64,000 nt of DNA, taken from positions 5,122 to 69,121 of the forward strand of contig CAVVUM010000005.1 of NCBI GenBank assembly GCA_963751505.1, read 5' to 3'. The translations under genes and the position numbers were made by a program. Of this stretch, positions 34,898 through 45,713 are shown piece after piece. Every line of letters begins with the position of its first letter. Within the stretch, counting starts at the first letter, position 1. Source of the stretch: an uncultured Coriobacteriia bacterium. Lineage in GTDB: Bacteria > Actinomycetota > Coriobacteriia > Anaerosomatales > PHET01. The notes beneath the pieces were generated by a model. It searched no databases. It was not told where the DNA came from and saw nothing but the letters and a program-made list of their open reading frames with translations.

Positions 34898-35005
34898 GAC
34901 ACCTCTCGAACTCCGCTAACGAGGCGTGAGTCTAGCATGGTTGACCGGCATCGGCGGGCGTGGGACGGTAGTCGCCCCGCTCGGCTAAGCAGGAGGTCTG
35001 CGCAC

Positions 35006-35916
35006 GTGAATCGGCGTTGGTCGCTCGCGGCTGTGGTGCTGTCGGCCGCGTGCTTCGGCACGCTCGCGGTTCTCACGCCGCTCGCATATCGCGAGGGCGC
35101 GGAGCCGCTGCCGCTGCTTGCGTGGCGCTTCGTGTTCGCGGCCTTGCTGCTGGGCGGCCTCGCCACGCTTGCGCGACCGCCGAGCGCTGCTCGTGCCGAG
35201 GGCGGACCTGGCTCGCTACGCGGTGCTCGCGCTCACCGGCTACGGCGCGGCGTCGGTGTGCTTCTTCTTCGCGCTCACGTTCGCCGACGCCTCGGTCGTC
35301 GCCGTGCTGCTCTACGCGTATCCGGCGCTCGTGACGGTATCGAGCTGGCTGTTCCTCGGGCAGCGTGCGTCGTGGCAGCAGGGGCTCGCGGTCGCCATCA
35401 CGTTCCTCGGCTGCGCTCTGGTGGTTGGACTCGGGAGCTCGCAGCTGTACGCGGCGTGGCAGGGCATCGTGCTCGGACTGCTGGCAGCGGTCGGCTACAC
35501 GGTGTTCAACCTGTTCTCCCACCGGTGGCTGCCGGGCCGCTCTCGCCTCACGATGATGGCGTACACGTTCGGCATCGCGGTGCTGCTCCCGACCGTCGGC
35601 AGCGTGGCGCTCGACGGGTGGGGGTCACTGTCGGTCGCCGGCTGGTCGACCACGCTGTGGCTGATCCTTGCCGCGATCGTGCTGGTGCCGACGTTCGCCG
35701 CCGTGGTGCTCTACCTCGAGGGCATCCGAGGCCTCGGGCCCTCGCAGGCGGCTGTCGTCTCGACACTCGAGCCGCTGTTCACCATCGCGCTCGCCGCCGT
35801 GGTGCTCGGCGAGAGACTCGCGCCTCTGCAGCTCGCGGGAGCAGTGCTCGTGCTGGTGGGCGTCGTGACCGCCGAGGTCGCGCAGCGCGCGGTGGGGCGA
35901 GCCAGCGCCGTCCTAG
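35006..35916 (+). CDS. EamA/DMT-family transporter (frameshifted)
   Basis: About 10 TM helices in two EamA halves; LEPLFTIALAAVVLGERL. Confidence 0.88.
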
Positions 35917-36023
35917 GCACGGGTGCGCTCGGCGGCGGCCGGATCGATCTGAGCGCGCGCGCATCCCCGGATGCTACGATTGCCGCGCCCTTTGCCCCTC
36001 GCCAGACCGCCACCGGAGCGCTC

Positions 36024-36327
36024 GTGACCGATCACTACCGCACACTGCAGGTGACCCGGGATGCCGAGCCGGAGGTGATCGAGCGCGCGTACAAGGCGCT
36101 CTCCCTCAAGTACCACCCCGACCGCCGGCCGACGCCCGAGCGCGAGCGAGCGACGCGCCGCATGCAGCGGATCAACGAGGCCTACACGGTGCTGAGGGAT
36201 CCGGAGCGACGTCGGCGCTACGACGCGACCCTGCCGCCCGAGACAGCGGGGGCGTGGGACGTCTTCTGGGAGCGCGGCCTCGTGGGGATGTTCACCGAGC
36301 GCTTCGGGGCCCGCGCCGCGCTCCTAG
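36024..36327 (+). CDS. Small J-domain (DnaJ-like) protein
   Basis: DHYRTLQV, AYKALSLKYHPD, INEAYTVLRDPERRRRYD. Stop position uncertain. Confidence 0.82.
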
Positions 36328-37469
36328 CGACGCTTGGAGGCCATGCGCGCCAGCGGGGGCACGGCCAGGCCGATCGCCTGCGGCGGACAGAGCTCCTGGC
36401 AGCAGTAGCAGCGTATGCAGAGCCCTCGGTCGAAGTGCGGGCCTGCCGAGTCGACCTCGATGGCGCTCACCGGGCACACCTTGGCGCAGTTGCCGCAGCG
36501 CGTGCAGTCGCGCTCTCGCTCGAGCACCGGGCGCGCGGTGACCCAGCTGCGGAGCCGCCTGCCGAGCCACGGCGGCATCTTGCTGCTGAGGTCCCGCGCC
36601 GGCAGCACGAAGTCGGCCGGGGCCAGCTCGCGCCAGTCCGCGCCAACGACGTCGACCGCATCGAGGCTCGCAGGGCCGAGTCCGCGTGCGGCGGCCGCCC
36701 GGTTCGTGTAGACCTCCATGGGGTCGAAGCCGGCCATCGCGGAGGCGACCACGTCGAGCGCGACGCAGTCGGCGGAGGCGAGCACGGCGCCGATGTGCCG
36801 CGGTGTGCCACCGGCGGGCCCTTCGCCCTCCATGCCGACGATGGCGTCCATGATCGCCAGTCGCGGCTTGGTCACGAGCATGAGGTCCACGAGCATCGAG
36901 GCGAAGTCGTCGCGGTCAGGCACCTTGACGTGGTACTGCGCCTTCTCGAGCCCCGGGATGCACCCGAACTGGTTCTTCACCGCGCCGGTGAACATCATGA
37001 ACCCGTGCGTCTTGAGCTTCGGCAGGGTGATGACCACGTCGGCGTCGACGACGGCCTTGCCGATAGTGAACGCACCGTAGAGGGCGCCGTCGGGGTTGGG
37101 CACGCGGACGGTCTCGTCGTCGAAGAGCACCAGTGGCACGCTCTCGGCTTCACACACGCCTGCGATCCCGGAGTCCTGCCAGACTCGCCGCACCTGGCCA
37201 GCCGTGTTCGGCCCGCCCGGGCTGTCGCCGACGAACGGCTCGCCGCCCGCTTCGCGGACCAGGCGGATGACCGAGCGTACGATCTCGGGATGCGTCGTGA
37301 CGGCGCGCTCGGGCTCTGCTCGGCTAAGCAGATTGACCTTGAGCAGCACGCGTGACCCTGCGGCAACGAACGCAGCGATGCCGCCGATCGGGTCGAGCGC
37401 TTCGCGCACGGACGATTCGACGGCATCTGGTTCGTAGCCCGCGCAGCGGGCGATGGATACGGTAGTCAC
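36324..37469 (-). CDS. DUF362-domain protein with C-terminal 2x[4Fe-4S] ferredoxin domain
   Basis: VLLKVNL, TTHPE, LPKLKTH, TGAVKN.FG, MEGEGP; CTRCGNCAKVCP and CIRCYCCQELCP. Confidence 0.92.
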   Translation of the reverse strand: MTTVSIARCAGYEPDAVESSVREALDPIGGIAAFVAAGSRVLLKVNLLSRAEPERAVTTHPEIVRSVIRLVREAGGEPFVGDSPGGPNTAGQVRRVWQDSGIAGVCEAESVPLVLFDDETVRVPNPDGALYGAFTIGKAVVDADVVITLPKLKTHGFMMFTGAVKNQFGCIPGLEKAQYHVKVPDRDDFASMLVDLMLVTKPRLAIMDAIVGMEGEGPAGGTPRHIGAVLASADCVALDVVASAMAGFDPMEVYTNRAAAARGLGPASLDAVDVVGADWRELAPADFVLPARDLSSKMPPWLGRRLRSWVTARPVLERERDCTRCGNCAKVCPVSAIEVDSAGPHFDRGLCIRCYCCQELCPPQAIGLAVPPLARMASKRR

Positions 37470-37503
37470 GCGCCGAGTCTAGCGCACCGCGCCGCGGTTC
37501 GCG

Positions 37504-37851
37504 CTAGGCGTTCGCGGCCGTCTCGCGCTCGAGCAGCTTGTTGTGCACCGCTCGCATGATAGCGGGGTAGCTCACGGCGCCGTCGTAGACGGGCACGCCG
37601 TCCACCACGGTGACCGGGTAGAGCAGCCCGCGCGTCTCGATCTCGTCGACCAGCGTGGCGCGCGCCTCGCGAATCTCGCCGACCTCGACGTTGTGGTAGA
37701 GCACCTGGGCGTCATCGCCGTAGCGACGCTCGATCTCGGTGCGGACGATCGCGGTGATCTCCTCCGGAGACCACGAGGGGCCTCAACCGCCGGAGAAGCA
37801 GTCGGTCGTGGTGGGGATGTCGAAGACTTCGACGACGACTGGGTCAGCCAT
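37504..37851 (-). CDS. Predicted selenoprotein, thioredoxin-fold (YuzD/DUF1462-like), 115 aa with Sec at codon 23
   Basis: GAAGGAG RBS and ATG at 37851; MADPVVVEVFDIPTTTDCFSGG-UGA-GPSWSPEE..RRYG..LLYPVTVVDG reads in frame through TGA (37783-37785); SECIS-like hairpin 3' of the UGA. Confidence 0.75.
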
Positions 37852-37862
37852 GATCTCTCCTT

Positions 37863-38066
37863 CTAGCCGAGCCGGACGGCGCCGGTTGGACAGACGCGCG
37901 AACAGATGCCGCAACCCGAGCACTTCTCCTCGATGACGGTGTACCCGTTCGCGCCCGCGTAGTGACCGCCTTCAACGGGAACGATAGCACCCTTCGGGCA
38001 GACCCTGCGCGCCGGGCATCCAGGTGAGCGGTCGCACGACGGTCCATCGATTCGATAGGTCGACAT
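37863..38066 (-). CDS. Small 4Fe-4S dicluster ferredoxin
   Basis: CDRSPGCPARRVCPKGAI and CSGCGICSRVCPTGAV; AGGA RBS. Confidence 0.88.
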   Translation of the reverse strand: MSTYRIDGPSCDRSPGCPARRVCPKGAIVPVEGGHYAGANGYTVIEEKCSGCGICSRVCPTGAVRLG

Positions 38067-38115
38067 TCTTCCTGACGCTCCTTGTCGATCGAGACGTCTC
38101 TGATTGCTATCGTGC

Positions 38116-38144
38116 AGTATACCCCATGGGGTATCGTCAGACAA
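38116..38144 (-). promoter_or_regulatory. Sigma70 promoter with CsoR/RcnR-type operator in the spacer
   Basis: On the minus strand, TTGTCT-N17-TATACT; perfect palindrome ATACCCCATGGGGTAT at 38119-38134. Confidence 0.72.
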
Positions 38145-38226
38145 CCATACCAAAGCCGATTCACATGCTTGAGGCCTGCAATCGGCGCGTTCTCGCCGCG
38201 CTTCTCGGCCGACACGGCACGCAGAT

Positions 38227-39399
38227 GTGGAGAGGGCGAACGTGACCGAGAACCTGAAGGGTGGCACTCGCAGGCGACTCGTTCTGACGATGGGCGGCGT
38301 GGGACTGGCCGTCGGCCTCGTGTTCCCGCTCGCAGCGCGGCTGCTCGTCGAGCCTCGCAGCACCGGAGCGCTCGCGCTCTTCTGGGGGCTCTGCGTGCTC
38401 GCCGGGGTGGGCGTGGGAGTAGGCTGTGCTCTGCTTGCCGAGAACGTCGGCGCCGGGATGTTCCGATCGGTCCTGCTCGAGGCGCGGGAGCGCTACGGCA
38501 TGCAGGTTGAGACCGAGGGGGACGGAGATGCCCTGCAGCTCGAGGTCTTGCGCCAGTTCGCCGAGGTAAGCGAGGTCCTGCGCCAGGCGGGCTCGGTCAA
38601 CCGCGATCTGCGCGCTCTGACAGCACAGGTACTCGCCGCCACAGAGCAGCAGGCATCGGGCGCGGCGCAGCAGGCCGCAGCGGTCACGCAGACCTCGGCC
38701 ACCGTCGAGGAGCTCGCGCAGACGTCGCGGCAGATCGCCGACAACTCGAAGGCGGTGGCGCTCACGGCCGAGCACACGCTCGCCAGCGCAGAAGAGGGCA
38801 TGCAGGCGGTCATCGACACCGCCTCCGGCATCGATGAGATAGGCGCGAGCACCGAGCTCGCCTCCGATCGCATCCTCCAGCTCGGCGAACGCAGCCAGGA
38901 TATCGGTCGCGTGCTGGTCATCATCGACGACATCGCCGAGCAGACCAAGATCCTGGCCCTCAACGCGGCGATAGAGGCCGCGCGGGCAGGAGATGCTGGA
39001 CGAGGATTCGCAGTCGTTGCCGAGGAGATCCGCAAGCTGGCCGACTCGGTGACCGAGTCGACCTCGGAGATCGGCAAGGTCGTGAGAGAGATTCAGACCA
39101 GCGCAAGCTCCCTCGTTATGTCGACCGAGCGCGCCCGCGCAAAGGTCGATGAGGGCCGTGGGCTTGCACGTCGCACCGCCGACGCACTCGACCGGATCGT
39201 GAGCCAGGTCGAAGATACCACCGATGCCGCCAAGCAGATATCGATAGCGACGCAACAGCAACGCACCGCCTCTGAGCAGGTCGTTCTCTCGATGCGCGAG
39301 ATGACGCAGACGTCGCTATCAGGTGCAGACGCATCGCGCCAAATCCAGACGGCCATCGCCGAGGTCGACCGGCTCGCAGACGCCGTGCTCGTGCGCTGA
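38227..39399 (+). CDS. Methyl-accepting chemotaxis protein
   Basis: Two N-terminal TMs; [37 protein letters not shown]. Confidence 0.93.
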   Translation: MERANVTENLKGGTRRRLVLTMGGVGLAVGLVFPLAARLLVEPRSTGALALFWGLCVLAGVGVGVGCALLAENVGAGMFRSVLLEARERYGMQVETEGDGDALQLEVLRQFAEVSEVLRQAGSVNRDLRALTAQVLAATEQQASGAAQQAAAVTQTSATVEELAQTSRQIADNSKAVALTAEHTLASAEEGMQAVIDTASGIDEIGASTELASDRILQLGERSQDIGRVLVIIDDIAEQTKILALNAAIEAARAGDAGRGFAVVAEEIRKLADSVTESTSEIGKVVREIQTSASSLVMSTERARAKVDEGRGLARRTADALDRIVSQVEDTTDAAKQISIATQQQRTASEQVVLSMREMTQTSLSGADASRQIQTAIAEVDRLADAVLVR

Positions 39400-39574
39400 T
39401 CGCTGCGACAGGCGGTCCTGCGTTCGTGCAGGACGCGCGCGCGACTCGTCGAACTCCCCAAGTGAACGGCGTCCTTCTGTTGTGGGGGCGTTAAGATTCT
39501 TATATTGTTCTCGTGGCGGTGCCTGGCCGCCGATTGTGTCGTGGGTGGGCGACTCGAAGCAAGGAGAGATGCAA

Positions 39575-41814
39575 ATGGCGAAGATCTCCCTGGCCGGATT
39601 CAAAGATCCGGTCCGGCGGCCGCGGTACATCATCTGGGCGCTCGTTGCGGTCCTCGTGGTGGCCGGGGTCATGGTCCCGGTCCTGGGAATCACCTCGACC
39701 AGGTGGTTCTGCGCCGAGGGCTGCCACAAGGTGCAGGACGACACGATCCTCGCGTACGAGGCATCCACCCACTCCGAGATCAGCTGCATGGCGTGCCACA
39801 TGCCGGTGAACGCCAACCCCGTCGTCTTCCTGCTTCACAAGGCCGAGGCGCTCGGCGAACTGTATCTGACCGTTCGGGACGACTTCGAGTTGCCCCTGAA
39901 CGCCGAGAGCGAAGTCGCTCTCACGATGGCAACGAAGCAGTGCACCCAGTGTCACAACATGCCGAACCGCATCGTTACGCCTAGCACCAGGCATCAAGAT
40001 AGAGCACGAGCCGCATGCCGAGATCAACGCCGCGTGCCCTGTGTGCCACAACCGTGTCGCCCACAACGAGAACTTCGAGCTGACACTCACCGATCCTCAA
40101 ACCGGAGAGCCCAACCAGAAGCACGCGAACTTCATGACGATGACCGCGTGCTACCGCTGCCACGGTCTCGAGAAGGGCGCGGCCGCTCCTGGACGCTGCC
40201 CGGCCTGCCACACTTCGGACTTCACGCTGAAGCCGGACAATCACAACGAGGCTACCTTCAAGCGCCAGGGTCACGCAGAGATGGCCAAGGAGGCGCAGGC
40301 CGAGGTCGCGAAGGCGAAGGCCGAGGCGGCAAGCCCCGAGGGGGAGGCCGAGACCTCCGAGCAGGAGGGTGAGGCCGAGAAGCAGAACGAGACCCCCAAG
40401 GAGGAGAAGCAGTCCGAGGAGACCTCCTTCCTCGGCGTCGAGAAGGCCTACGCATCCGGGGGCGGGGAGGAGTCTGCACCGTCCACCAAAGAGGATGTGC
40501 CTGAGGTCATCGCTGCTCAGCGAAGCCACGGTGCCGATGACTCCGAGTCGATCGGCGAGGAGTTGCCGCCGGTGGACACGATCTACTACTGCGGCACCTG
40601 CCACCTCGAGACCTTCTGCACGAACTGTCACGGCATGGAGATGCCGCACCCCGCGGAGTTCAAGGAGCCGGCGAAGCCCACCGATCCTCAGGGCCACCCG
40701 GTCATCTCGAAGGCCAAGCCCAAGAAGTGCGTCATGTGCCACGGCGAGAACGAGAAGACGCACTTCTGCGACGAGTGCCACCACGGCACCCAGGCCGGCG
40801 GATGGAAGTACGATCCGAAGGTCGCCGTGGACTGCCAAGCAGCACCCGCAGGCCGTCGCAGCGGGCGGCGTGAAGGCGTGCACCGAGAAGTGCCATACCG
40901 CCAAGTTCTGCGTGACGTGCCACACCCAAGGCAAGGTCGTACCGACCTCGCACAAGCAGAAGAACTGGACCAAGCCGAAGCCTCCGGGAGCCCTGACGAT
41001 CTACGGCAAGCAGCCCGCGAAGGTCAGCGCGAAGCACGCGCTCGATGCGCAGACCTCGATCGAGAGCTGTGCCGTGTGCCACGGCGAGGGCGGTCCGAAC
41101 GCGAAGTTCTGCAAGAGCTGTCACAAGCTCGAGATGCCGCACTCGGCAGAGTTCAAGAAGCAGCACGTGAGCAGCAAGAAGAACAAGAAGCAGTGCCAGA
41201 ACTGCCACCTCTTCAAGGAAGTGTGCAGCAACTGCCACCACATCGACTCGTCGCTGACGAAGCCTTGGATCAAGGTCCACGGTGGGTCCGTGAACAAGAA
41301 CGGCGCGGCGGGTTGCGTCGAGAAGTGCCACACGAAGGACGACTGCGTGAAGTGCCACACGAGCCGCAAGGTCGTGCCGGACTCCCACAAGGCGAAGAAC
41401 TTCGTGAGGAACTACTCGAGCAAGGACGCCAAGCACGCCGAGCTTTACAAGAAGGACGGCGACACCTGCACCTACTGCCACAAGGGCGCGGCTGCCGAGT
41501 TGCCGAACTCGAAGTTCTGCAAGGGCTGCCACAAGCTCGAGATGCCGCACAAGATCGATGACGGCAGCAAGGAGAAGTTCCCGCACAAGGAAGGCTTCGA
41601 GAAGAAGACCTACAAGAAGGCCCAGTGCGCGAACTGCCACAAGACCTCGTTCTGCGACAGCTGCCACCACGAGGCGTCCGTTGCCGGCAAGCCGTGGGTC
41701 CGCTACCACCCGAACGTGGTCAAGAAGGACGGAGCCGATCCGTGCTTCGAGTGCCACGAGGAGACGTACTGCTCGAACTGCCACGTCAACCTGGCGAAGC
41801 GGGGGTTGCAGTAG
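39575..41814 (+). CDS. Membrane-anchored NapC/NirT-like multiheme cytochrome c, ~24 heme motifs (two frameshifts)
   Basis: TM helix, then TSTRWFCAEGCHKV..STHSEISCMACH; 21 CxxCH and 3 CxxxCH counted by eye. Confidence 0.86.
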
Positions 41815-41837
41815 GCAGGAACTGCTCAGAGAACACG

Positions 41838-41867
41838 GCGAGGGCCCGGCGCATGCCGGGCCCTCGC
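41838..41867 (+). terminator. Hairpin after the 24-heme cytochrome gene
   Basis: GCGAGGGCCCGGC-GCAT-GCCGGGCCCTCGC perfect inverted repeat. Confidence 0.65.
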
Positions 41868-41956
41868 TCGTTGCCCGCACGTTGGTGCGCGGCGTTCGTC
41901 CCTTGGTGAGCCGGGGCTTGGCGCGCCTAGTGGGGCGTGCTAGCATAGCGCCTCGC

Positions 41957-42033
<77 letters not shown>

Positions 42034-42090
42034 TTCGGCTGAGACGGTGGGTCGCCCTGCGGCCCGCCGTTTTCGTTTCTTGGAGCAGGA

Positions 42091-42780
42091 TTGCTCGAGA
42101 ACCTCATCATGTCGCTCGGCTACGGCCTGTGCCATCAGCTCCCTGAGCGCTCCTATGTCGCCGGCGGCCTGCAGGCGCCGGTCTGCGTTCGCGATACGGG
42201 GATCTACGTCGGCACGGTAGTGGCGCTTGCGCTGATCGTCCTCCTGCACAGAGGGGAGCGCCCGCTTGGCTTTCCGAGCGCCCGTGTGTGGGTTGCCATG
42301 GGGGTCTTCTTCCTCGCCCTCGGTGTCGATGGTGTTACCTCCTACGCCGGCCTGCGCACGACGACGAACGAGATTCGCCTCCTGACAGGCCTTGGACTTG
42401 GCTTCTCGATAGCGGTGATCCTCGTCCCGATGCTCAACGACGAGCTGTGGCGGCGCGCCGACCAGATTCGCGTTCTCGACACCAACTGGCGCTTCGTTGC
42501 CTGGCTGCTCGGCGTGCCGGCGTCCTTTGTCCTCGTCCACTACGGCGGGCCGCAGCTAGGAGTCGCCTTTCCGTTGCTGATAACTCTCTGCATCATTGCG
42601 ACGCTCACCGCGGTCAACCTGGTGATCGTTGCCATGTTGCCGTGGTTCGACCGTGCGGGCACGGACGCGCGCAGTCTGCTTGCGCCGCTCGCGCTGGCCA
42701 TGCTCGTCGCCTTCATCGAGATCGGCCTATCGGCAGGGTTCAGGCTTATCCTGGTCGGACTCGTCGCCCGCTACACGTGA
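42091..42780 (+). CDS. DUF2085-family membrane protein
   Basis: LCHQLPERSY, PVCVRDTGIYVG, DGVTSY, NEIRLLTG. Confidence 0.85.
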   Translation: MLENLIMSLGYGLCHQLPERSYVAGGLQAPVCVRDTGIYVGTVVALALIVLLHRGERPLGFPSARVWVAMGVFFLALGVDGVTSYAGLRTTTNEIRLLTGLGLGFSIAVILVPMLNDELWRRADQIRVLDTNWRFVAWLLGVPASFVLVHYGGPQLGVAFPLLITLCIIATLTAVNLVIVAMLPWFDRAGTDARSLLAPLALAMLVAFIEIGLSAGFRLILVGLVARYT

Positions 42781-42841
42781 GTTGTCAGAGCCGTGCGCTA
42801 ACTTCGCCTCGAAGACGCAACGAGGAGAAGCAGGTGGCGCC

Positions 42842-43213
42842 GTGGCAACAATCGAGACGAACCAGGAAAGCCTTCGCAGCAGCGTCGCACGGCTGCGCGG
42901 GTCAGCTGAATTCCCGGACGAAGCGATCGACTACGCTCAGCGCGTGACCAGGGCCGCTATGTCTCGCCCTGGATCGGGGCGATGGACACCTACCCGCGTC
43001 GAGGCCTATCTGACCGCGGTCGTCCGTCGCCGTGTGCTCCGGCGTCATCCCGCTACGCCGGCGGCCGCTCGGGTCGTTGCGGACTCGGTCGTGGCGGACC
43101 TACTCGCCCACGGGCGTACCGGCAAGGACGCATACGATGAGCTACGACGCGGCTGGCGAAGCGCGGTCCCAGAAGCGCTGCTCGAGGAGTACCGGCAGGC
43201 GCTGTGCGCCTAG
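42842..43213 (+). CDS. Hypothetical protein
   Basis: Open frame with GGAG upstream; no motif recognised. Confidence 0.5.
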   Translation: MATIETNQESLRSSVARLRGSAEFPDEAIDYAQRVTRAAMSRPGSGRWTPTRVEAYLTAVVRRRVLRRHPATPAAARVVADSVVADLLAHGRTGKDAYDELRRGWRSAVPEALLEEYRQALCA

Positions 43214-43659
43214 CGTGTCCCCGAGAGCAGCACGTCGCCGTCCTCGGACAGCACCCATATACGCTTGTCCACGAGCGAGCCGTCCGCTGGACCTATCGCC
43301 TCGATGATCACGAACGCGGGCATCGAGGCGAATGTCGCGCGTTCAACATGGAAAGGGACGGCAGCCGCGTCTGACGGGAACGTTTGCGTGATGAGGCTAG
43401 CGGCCTCTGCTCCGGCGGCACCCTTGCTCCTGAGATCCACGAGCGCGTCGTGCCGCAGCGCTTTGGCTTCGCGCGTGGAGCGGCCGGCGAGGTCCCCCGA
43501 GTTGGCCGCTTCGGCGAGGGCGAGCGCGGACTCTCGGTCGTACGAGCCGCCCTTCTCGATGAAGGTGAGATTGGACGCCGAGCAGCCCGACAGTGCGAGC
43601 GCGAGAACGAGTGCGGCCGCGGCTACCGTCGAGCGTGTTGTTCGGCGACGCACCTGCAC
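43210..43659 (-). CDS. Putative lipoprotein
   Basis: GGAG RBS, basic N-terminus, hydrophobic stretch and lipobox LSGC. Confidence 0.7.
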   Translation of the reverse strand: MQVRRRTTRSTVAAAALVLALALSGCSASNLTFIEKGGSYDRESALALAEAANSGDLAGRSTREAKALRHDALVDLRSKGAAGAEAASLITQTFPSDAAAVPFHVERATFASMPAFVIIEAIGPADGSLVDKRIWVLSEDGDVLLSGTR

Positions 43660-43720
43660 CTCCAGGACCGGCTACTGCCATACTACAGGGTAGTGTCGAA
43701 CTCCAGAGGGGGCCTTTCGG

Positions 43721-44523
43721 TTGCAGTCCATCATCAGCTTCGTGTCCGACTTCGGCTTGGAAGACACGTGGGTCGGCGTCTGTCATGCGGTCATACACCG
43801 CGCGTGCCCGCAAGCTCACGTCGTGGACCTTGGCCATCAGATTCCCCCGTTCGACATCCGTAAGGGCGCCGCGACGGCCGCATCCGGCGTGTACCAGCTG
43901 CCCGAGGCGATTCACCTCGTGGTCGTCGACCCAGGGGTCGGAGGTGGTCGTCGGGACCTGTGTCTGGTGACCGCGGGGGGTACAAAGCTCGTGGGCCCGG
44001 ACAACGGCGTGCTTATTCCCGCAGCCTGGCGCGCGGGCGGTATGACCGAGGCGTACGCGATCGACCCGGCGAAGATCGACTTCCGAGGTCCGCTCGCCAC
44101 GTTCCACGCGCGCGATGTGTTGGCTCCCGCTGCCGCCGCGCTCGCCTGCGGGGTCGAGCCAAGTCGCTCGGCGATGCGGTCGCACTTGAGTCGCTGGCGC
44201 CGGCGCCTTTCGGCCAGTGCGGCCGCGACGGCGACTACGTGCACGGCGAGGTGCTGGAGGCCGACCGGTTCGGCTCCCTGAGGTTCAACATCCCTGCCGA
44301 GGACCTCGAGGCACTGGGCCTGCGGGCAGGCACGCTCGAGCTCTCGATCGGCCACAACCGAATCACCGCACCATTCGGGAGAACGTTCTCAGACGTAGGT
44401 GAAGGTGAGCCCGTCGTTCTCGTTGATTCGTCGGGCTGGCTCACGCTGTCGGTCAACACCGGCGATGCAGCCGATCGCTACGGCGTCGAACCCGGGACGA
44501 ACCTGCGCATTCGCTCCCTCTGA
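43721..44523 (+). CDS. SAM hydroxide adenosyltransferase (DUF62, fluorinase/chlorinase superfamily; frameshift near 44170)
   Basis: SDFG, VDLGHQIPPFD, VVVDPGVG, GPDNG, TFHARDV, DRFG, TFSDV. Confidence 0.9.
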
Positions 44524-44631
44524 CGCCTGCTCACGACCCAGCAGCTCACCTTGTCTCGCGCTCCCTCGGCCGCGTGTCAGAGCCGGGGGCTACGCTTCAG
44601 GCGCAGCGTGGGCAAGGGAAAGGCGGGAGTC

Positions 44632-45630
44632 GTGCGAGCCACTTTCATCAATGAGCTGACCGAAGGCTGTCGGGTGGACGGGACCTACTTCCTGCGCGCG
44701 CGTGACCTACGCGCGGCACGCAACGGAGACGCCTATCTCGCGATGGAGCTTTCGGACAAGACCGGCGCGATCCAGGCCGTCCTCTTCCGCCCCGCGCCGG
44801 CCGCAACGGCGATCCCGACCGGTGCGGCTGTCGATGTGACAGGTACGATCACCAGCTATCGTGGAGTCCGGCGGGTGTCCGTCGACGGTCTGCTGCCCGC
44901 TCGTCAGTGGGACCCCGCCAGCCTCGTGGGCGAGTGCACCCGGTCCTCCGACGAGTTGACAGCCGAGCTGCGCCAGATCTGGCGCAGCGTCACGCACCCC
45001 GGTCTTCGCCGGACCCTCAGGCAGGTCTTCTCCGAGAGGTCTTTCTCGCCAGCTTCCGCACCTGTCCCGCTTCGCAGACCTACCATCACGCCTACATCGG
45101 CGGTCTGCTCGAGCACACGGTCGCGGTCGCATCGCTGTGTGACGAACTCGCCCCGCGCTATGACGGTGTCGATGCACCCCTGCTGGTCACCGCTGCGCTG
45201 CTTCACGACATCGGCAAGGTAGACGAGCTCACCTACGACACGGGGATCGGCTACACGGACGAGGGGCGGCTCACCGGTCACGTCGTGCTGGGCGCGATGC
45301 GCGTCCGAGAGGCGGCACGCCGGGCCAGACTCGACCGCCAGACGCTGATGAAGCTCGAGCATGCGATCCTGTCCCACCACGGCGAGCTCGAGTGGGGTTC
45401 GCCGAAGCGGCCCTCGACACTCGAGGCGCTCATCTTGCACCACGTCGACAATCTCGATGCGAAGGCGGCAGGATTCGCGTCGCTGCTGAAGGGGGCCAGC
45501 TCGATAGAGGAGAGCTGGACGGATGCGGCGAACCTGTTCCGTCGTCCGCTCTACTCCCCGCGGGCGATCGAAGACGATCGCCCGCATCGGCCCGCCGAGG
45601 ACGAGTCAGTACTTCAGCATCTCCGCCTAG
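44632..45630 (+). CDS. YhaM/Cbf1-like 3'-5' exoribonuclease (OB plus HD domains; frameshift near 45040)
   Basis: LSDKTG, HHAYIGGLLEHT, LLHDIGK, GHVVLG, ILSHHG..EWGSP, HHVDNLDAK. Confidence 0.88.
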
Positions 45631-45713
45631 TCGCTGCGGAGCCGAGGATGCGACTAGAATCGAGCGTACGCGCCTTGTGGCGCCTGACTGACGCCGGTTC
45701 GCGAGGAGGAATC

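Noticed and set aside
35118..37355. 745-aa EamA-DnaJ fusion ORF
   Set aside because: Most likely two genes joined by indels, with run-on antisense to the DUF362 gene. Off-frame TAGs sit at the expected ends (35914, 36325).
39480..39570. A fourth TTGTAAC-N4-GTTACAA site upstream of the 24-heme cytochrome
   Set aside because: The AT-rich stretch (TTAAGATTCTTATATTGTT) does not match the palindrome.
43721..44523. True fluorinase or chlorinase
   Set aside because: TFHARD keeps the His typical of DUF62 SAM hydrolases, and there is no halometabolite cluster nearby.
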